Positions 57,690 to 64,000 of a DNA stretch of 64,000 bases are shown in pieces. Every line of letters starts with the position of its first letter. The first letter of the stretch is position 1. The notes beneath the pieces are model-generated. The model searched no databases and was not told where the DNA came from. It worked only from the letters and a program-made list of their open reading frames with translations. A program made the position numbers and the translations under genes. Origin of the DNA: the human T2T-CHM13v2.0 reference genome, Homo sapiens; assembly GCF_009914755.1 (NCBI RefSeq), contig NC_060936.1. The stretch is one strand, 5' to 3'.

Positions 57690-57856
57690 TAGTAGTTCTC
57701 AACTTTGTCTATAAATTGGAATTACCTAGGAAGTTTGAAACATAATAATGACTGACCCCACCCCCAGAAATTCTGATTTTTATTGGTCCTGGGTGTGGAA
57801 ACTTAAAACCTCTCTCCCAATGATTCTAACATGCAGCCAGGATTGAAGACTACTGC
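57690..57856. mobile_element. MER5A-like hAT MITE
   Basis: tagtagttctcaac ... ttgaagactactg termini; 'tgattctaacatgcagccaggattg'. Confidence 0.75.
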
Positions 57857-58624
57857 TCTAATTGGACACATACTCACAAAGTTGCTAAGCTACAACTGTT
57901 CTTACCAGAGGTCAGCTCTAGAGCATTTATACATTATCATAAATGAAGGTATAAAGGATTTGTTATTGATGAAATGTGTGGTGTTTAAGATATACTGATT
58001 CACTAGAAATATGATGCAGCTGCCTCAGCCTTGCTCACACAGGACCTAAGAATCGAGTGGTCTGAGCCACCTCTGCCCTGATTTAAGAGTGTCATCCACC
58101 TCATGTCCCAATGGAATATTAGCTGACTCCTTCCACTAGGGCATCTGTTTCTAATTAAACTTGTAAGGCTGGGACTTCGCATATACAGAACATTTCATAC
58201 GATTGTTTTCATGGTTGCTTGCTAATAAATGTTGGTATGTGTTACCAAATTCAGTGTAAGGCCTCCTTTTATAATGGCATATCTCCCAGAGATGAGATTA
58301 TAGTGGAACGACACCCCCTGCCCTCCCTTACCTTTAACCATTGGAAGTTAATGATAACTACCTTAGGGCCTTTTGCAATATGTATAGTCTTTTGTAGGGA
58401 GAGGTTTCCAGGTGAACTTCCAACTACAATAGAATTCTTCAGAAGCAATGGTGGGGACACTATGAAACTGGAACTGCTCATGTAACAATATTAAAATCTG
58501 CTTCGGTTGAGTTTTTATAATCTGTCATTTGGGCTGTATAGTTATGTTACCCAATACTCTGATAATGGCTGTGAAAAAAATCTTCTGAGTCTGACAGAAT
58601 CCTTGCCCTTCTATTTTGTCCCCA

Positions 58625-60640
58625 TGATAAGTTTATTGGGATATCACTTATATACAGAGAAATGCACAGATATTAAATGTACAGATCAGCCGGCATTGAA
58701 CAATTGAATACATCTGTGTAACTCTAATCAAGATACAGAACATTATCATCAGCCCAGAAAGTGTACTTGTGCCCCTTCTTATTTAATAACACCCTCCCAC
58801 ACACACACCAAGCATTGCTAATTGATTAGTTTTACTTAATCCATTATTTTATTTAAATGGAATCATATAGCACGCACTCTTGTGTCTGATTGCTTTTCCT
58901 CAGCATAATGCTTTTGAGATTTATGTGTTGCCTGTTTGAGTAGCCTGTGCTTTCTTATTGCTGAGAAGTACACCATAGAATAAATGCTACAGTTTGTTTA
59001 TCCATTCTCCTGCTGATGGTCAATGAGCTATATCCAGTTTTTAGCTATTATGACTAAAACTGCTATAAACATTTTATACAAGGCTTTTAGAGGACATGTT
59101 TTCCTTTCCCTTCAATAAATATCTAGGAGTGGAATTGTTGTCATGGGTAGATGTGTGATTGCCATTTTATATGTCCACAACCAATGTATCAGAGTCCTAG
59201 TTGCTCCACATCCTAATCAATATTTGTATTCCATCTTTTTCATTTTGATCATTCTAATGGTGTGTAGTGTTTTATTGTTTGTCATTGCATTTTTAATTTT
59301 CATTTCACTGATGACTATGTTGAACACATTTTATATGCTTATTCAATATTTTTTTATATCATCCTTTATGAAATATCTATTACCTATTTTTAATTGGGTT
59401 GTTTACCATTTTGTTTTTGAGTTGCAGGGATTATTTGTTTTGAATTCCAATCTTCTGTCATTTATGTGTTGCGAATATTTTTTCCCAGTCCATCTTCTTA
59501 ATAGAAGTTTTGGTAAAAATAAGTTTTTAATTTTGATAAATAAGATTTATCACTTTTTTTCTCTTATAGATAGTGCTTTCTCTGTCTTATCTGAGAAATA
59601 TTTGCCTATCTCATGGTTGAAAAATATACCTCTATGTTTTCCTCTACAAGTTTTATAATTTTAACTTTTATATTTGGGTCTGAAAATCATCTCGAAATAA
59701 TTTTTGCAGATGGCAACTTTTCTTTTCCCATTGAATGTACTTTGGTGTTCTGGCTAAAAGTCATCTGATAGTATATGTGTGATCCATCCCTTCTATTTTG
59801 AGAAACAAATTTAATAACCATGAAATAATAGAAGAATGTGCAATTGCATGATGAATTATGTGCTATATATGCTTACCAACGAAAGTGTTTTTGTTAACAT
59901 AGCAGAAGACAAGCATCCTGTCATACTTCCCTTATTTCTCATTAAAATATTCAGGAAACATCATGAATCATCATAAAATAGCAACAAAAGTAAAAAGCAA
60001 AAGTAAAATACCAAAATCTAAGGAATTTTTCTAGTAACTGAGTTAGTTAAAATGGGTTGCCTTGTTGTGAATCTTTTTTCATTCATTATACTCAGCACTC
60101 AGTAAACATTTTCATTCTGGAGATTCATGTTCTTTAGTTATAAAACATTTTATTGTATTAGTCTTTTTTATGATTATCTCCCCACCAGCATCTGATCTGT
60201 TCTCTTTCTGGAGTTCCTATTAGTTGCATGAAATATCTCCTAGGTGAATCCCCATTATTCATATTTTTTTCTCTTACCCATCTCATTGGCTTTTTGTCTT
60301 ACTTTCTGGGACATTATTATTATGGAATATGGGCTATTTCCAGGATATTGTTTTCTAAGACTTCTTTTGAATTTTGTACTGCAGAAATTATACTTTAAAA
60401 TTCCAAGAGCTCTTTTTTTTGGATTTTTTTCTTTATTATACTTTTTCCTTATTTAATTGATCTGTTAACATCTTTTAATTCTATGACAATGTTATGATTA
60501 TTCTTACCTGCCTTGTCTGTTGTCTGCACATTCTCTGTTTCTTCCTAGCTACTTTTTCCCATTTGTTCATTTTCCTAACTACATTTTATGCTGGATTCTT
60601 TCCTTAAATGCCAAATAATCATTGGCTGCCCATTCATTTG
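58625..60640 (-). mobile_element. Old L1M(C/E) fragments
   Basis: 'agtttgtttatccattctcctgctgatgg', 'atctaggagtggaattg'. Boundaries approximate. Confidence 0.65.
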
Positions 60641-61052
60641 AGTGAGGAGATAAAGACGTGGTTGGAAGATCATTGGATAGGGGTAGGCTTATACACTGAT
60701 AGCCTTTACTCTAGGAAAGTCATATGACAAGCTAGTTAGCTTTGTCATTAGGGGACCTACATGTTAGTAGATGTGAGTCTTTCTCTATTTTCTCTAGATA
60801 AAAGGTTCTGTAATATTCTGTCTGGAGACATCAGCTTAGCTGCTGCCATTCTGGAGCCAGGTGGGCAGGGGTTTGGGAGAGTGGCTCTGTGGTTCAGTAT
60901 ATTAATCCTCTGTTTTTGGTATGGCTGCACACTGGCCCGTCTTCGTACCTGGAACTTGGGTTTACTCTTGGAAGGTTGCCCACAGAATAAATCTTTGGTC
61001 TCTTGCTTTCCTCCTAGAAATTCTCCATTTTTGGAACAGATCTAACTGCTTC

Positions 61053-61429
61053 TGTGTGAGTCTGTTCTCACATTGCTATAAGGAAATACCCAAGACTGGG
61101 TCACTTATAAAGGAAAGAGGTTTAAATGACTCACAGTTTAGCATGGCTGGGGAGGCCTCAGAAAACTTGCAATCATGGTGGAAGGCAAAGGGGAAGCAAG
61201 GCACCTTCTTCACAAGGCCGCAGGAAGGAGAATGCCAAGCAAAGTGGGAAGAGTGCCTCGTAAAATCATCAGATCTCATGAGAACTCACTCGCTCTCATG
61301 AGAACAGCCTGGGGGAAACCAACCCCATCATTCAATAACCTCCACCTGGTCTCTCCCTTGACACAGGGGATTATAGAGATTACAATTCAAGATGAGATTT
61401 GGGTGGGGACACAAAGTCTAACCATGTCA
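61053..61429 (-). mobile_element. THE1D/MSTA-like MaLR solo LTR
   Basis: Minus strand begins tgacatggttagactttgtgtccccacccaaatctcatc; TSD gcttc/gcgtc. Confidence 0.9.
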
Positions 61430-64000
61430 GCGTCTTTTAATAATAATTTTTCAAAAATCACTTTATACCATTTGCTTATTCTTGCTTTCTATAGTATCTG
61501 ATTTTTGAGTCATTTTGCATTGTCCTTTGTATTGTTATTCTGAGGCTCCACAGGGAAAATCAACTGGTTTTCATTGGTTTACACCATTGTAGGCGCTTAG
61601 GTTTGACTCTTTTCCATTTTGCTAAGCCACTGACCATTCTTTCATCTGTTTTCATATTTATAGAAATAGTTTGCATTATACATGTTTCCTTGCATCAAAG
61701 ATAAAATTGAGTTTTCTCTTTCTTGTTCTAATTATTTTGGGGTGATTCTTTGAGAGGAGAAAAAAGTGAAAATCTTTTAACTATTTATCTTGAAATCACT
61801 CATCTAATTGACTTAAAAAAAAGAAACTCCTTTAGACTAATATAACTATAAAAGAAGAAAAACATGTCTATTTCTTTCTCTTAGTAGCAAAACTACTACG
61901 ATACTTGCATCAAACCTTACTTGAAGAAAAAAATCTAACCTGAAAATGAAGGCGAGTATAAATAGGACTATTTGTTTCTGACAAGTGCTTGAATGAGTGA
62001 TACATATGCTGAGTATAGACATGCAAGGGTTCTAACACACAATAGAATACACTCTTACTCCTACCTCTTTCTTAGCTTAGATATTTTGTATCCCTGTTGC
62101 ATTTGTATGCTGAATCTCACATGGGTAAGTATTCATATAATCTTTATAGAAGTAAATAAAAATGTTACCTTCTTAGGATATTAGGTGGCAATAAAGATTA
62201 ATTCCATATTTATTGTTCATGTGTATACTGATACAGTCACTAGAGACGATACTTGGTGACTCACAAGATTAATTTTATTTTTATAAAATGGATCCTCTAC
62301 AATGGATTACTTGCTGTATCTTGGAGCAAGGCAATTCTTGAGCTACTTCAAATATTTTTCCACTTTATTGGAGGCTTAGTATATATTATCCTTCAAATGT
62401 GCTATAAATCCGTTTAAATTAAAAATACTTTTATGCTTGCAGTTGGACGTCCTTTCACAGTTTTACAAAAAGAAGAATATAGCCATTCTATTTTATTTTA
62501 CTTAAAACCATTTATTTAAATTCTTGTTGGAAAGTGGATTAGGTAACTACCTATGAGAATGATGTAGGTGATACTTTTATTGGGCCATCAGCCCTTTCCC
62601 CTCTCATCCCATTGCTCATTAAGAGACTTATCTGACCTTCAGGGTTTCTTGAGAGCCAAACCCTGGCAACGACTTCTGCAAATAACAAACAACAGAAGCT
62701 GGTTGGAGCGGCAGGGTAAGCAGACTGTCATTGGCAACTTTTTGGAATTATGTCAAAGCGATGCAGCAGCAATCCTTTAACATTGCTGCAGGCTTTTACC
62801 ATGCCATCAAGCGCTAATCAATCAAGATGGGAAGATAGGCCCAGCACAATGGAATTAAAAAACTAGCAAGGTCATCATCCTACACAGCATTAGATGGTTT
62901 CCACCTGCCCCCCTCATCCTTTTTTTTTAGTATGTTTTCCCTAAAACTTTTAAATCTAGAGTAGGGAGAACGTCAGCATTTAAAAAGAACATCAGCGTTT
63001 AAAAAGAGACATTGTAAATATGGCTGTGAAGATCACATGCTCCAAAAGACAATTAGGTCAACATATTTCTTCTTCTTTTTTTTTTTTTTTGCATGATGTA
63101 GGTTAAGAAAAGATTCCTACTAAAGAACGACTGAACTTACCTTACAGAATATATGGGATGGATCTGGAGGTGTATAGGATGTGTCTATATCTACATTGAT
63201 AAACAAAAAATGAATTAGTGGTTGAAAGTGAAGAAGCTGGATAATTTAAGATGAGGAAAAGGCAAAACTACAGATAATTCATATTAAGCTTAGTATGTTG
63301 TTAAAACTCACTAGCTATCATTTTAGATAACTTTTATAATAGACAATAACAGTGTTAAATTTCTTTTGGAAGGTAAAAGGAAAGAAAAATTACCCTGATC
63401 ATCAAGGTGCAATTGTAAGAACTTAATGAAATTTTCTTCTAGTTTAAGATATTACTATACACAGTAACATTTAGCAGATTATGTAAAGTAACTGATTTCA
63501 TTTTCTAAGAATTTATTTCTTTAATTTTTAATTTTGCCACTATAAGATTCACCTAGCTTTATATTTAGCAGCAAATTTTATTTTTTGTTTTTGTGACAGA
63601 ACCTTAAGAATACTGAATGATCTGTGCATGGGAGCCATCATTCTGCTAATTTCTTACAGGAATAAGAAATGTATATTGACTTGAAATCAAGTTTTAATTG
63701 TATGGCACATTTCTATACTAGTTTCCTAACACAGTATGCCAGCCATTGGACTTTGGAAAATAAATAATCCTCAGTAACAGGAATATAGATTAATTCACAA
63801 CTTTTAACTGTGATAGCTTTCTCTCTTTGGAAGACATTTTTAGAGACATAAAACTGAATACATCTACCAGCACTGTTCATTAAAGCTTATAGTAAACGAC
63901 TAACCTTCCCACATCTCTGACACTGAAAACTGTCAGGATTGTTGATTTAGAAGAGGCTTATAGACAAGGAAATTCAGAGTCACAAAAAAAATTTAGAGAT

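Noticed and set aside
58219-58485. Overlapping ORFs on both strands with a minus-strand splice donor
   Set aside because: No recognisable homology or partner exons; consistent with chance.

Overview
AT-rich, CpG-poor primate (human-like) genomic DNA with no supportable intact protein-coding gene. Most of the window is interspersed repeat: about 14 Alu copies, old and middle-aged L1 fragments, L2/MIR remnants, ERV1 and MaLR (MST/THE1/MLT1) solo LTRs, hAT MITEs (MER1A, MER58, MER33, MER5) and microsatellites. The one gene-derived object is a full-length, multiply disabled processed pseudogene of TCP1 (CCT-alpha) at about 41,510-43,429, which keeps a CpG-dense 5' leader. I found no new multi-gene system. 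The most unusual structure is a non-transposon rearrangement cluster at 51.6-53.75 kb: a 140-bp, ~98% identical inverted repeat around a 1,051-bp spacer, a serially templated ~97-bp insertion copied from inside that spacer, a 26-bp tandem duplication and a near-perfect palindrome. Other notable items are apparent re-use of one L1 target site (TCP1 retrocopy plus a tiny L1 tip; two tandem Alus), a twin-primed L1 with a large internal deletion, a decayed ~200-bp palindrome at 40.55-40.75 kb and two TALE/homeodomain motif clusters. Repeat subfamily names come from recall of consensus sequences, not from a search, and many repeat boundaries are approximate.
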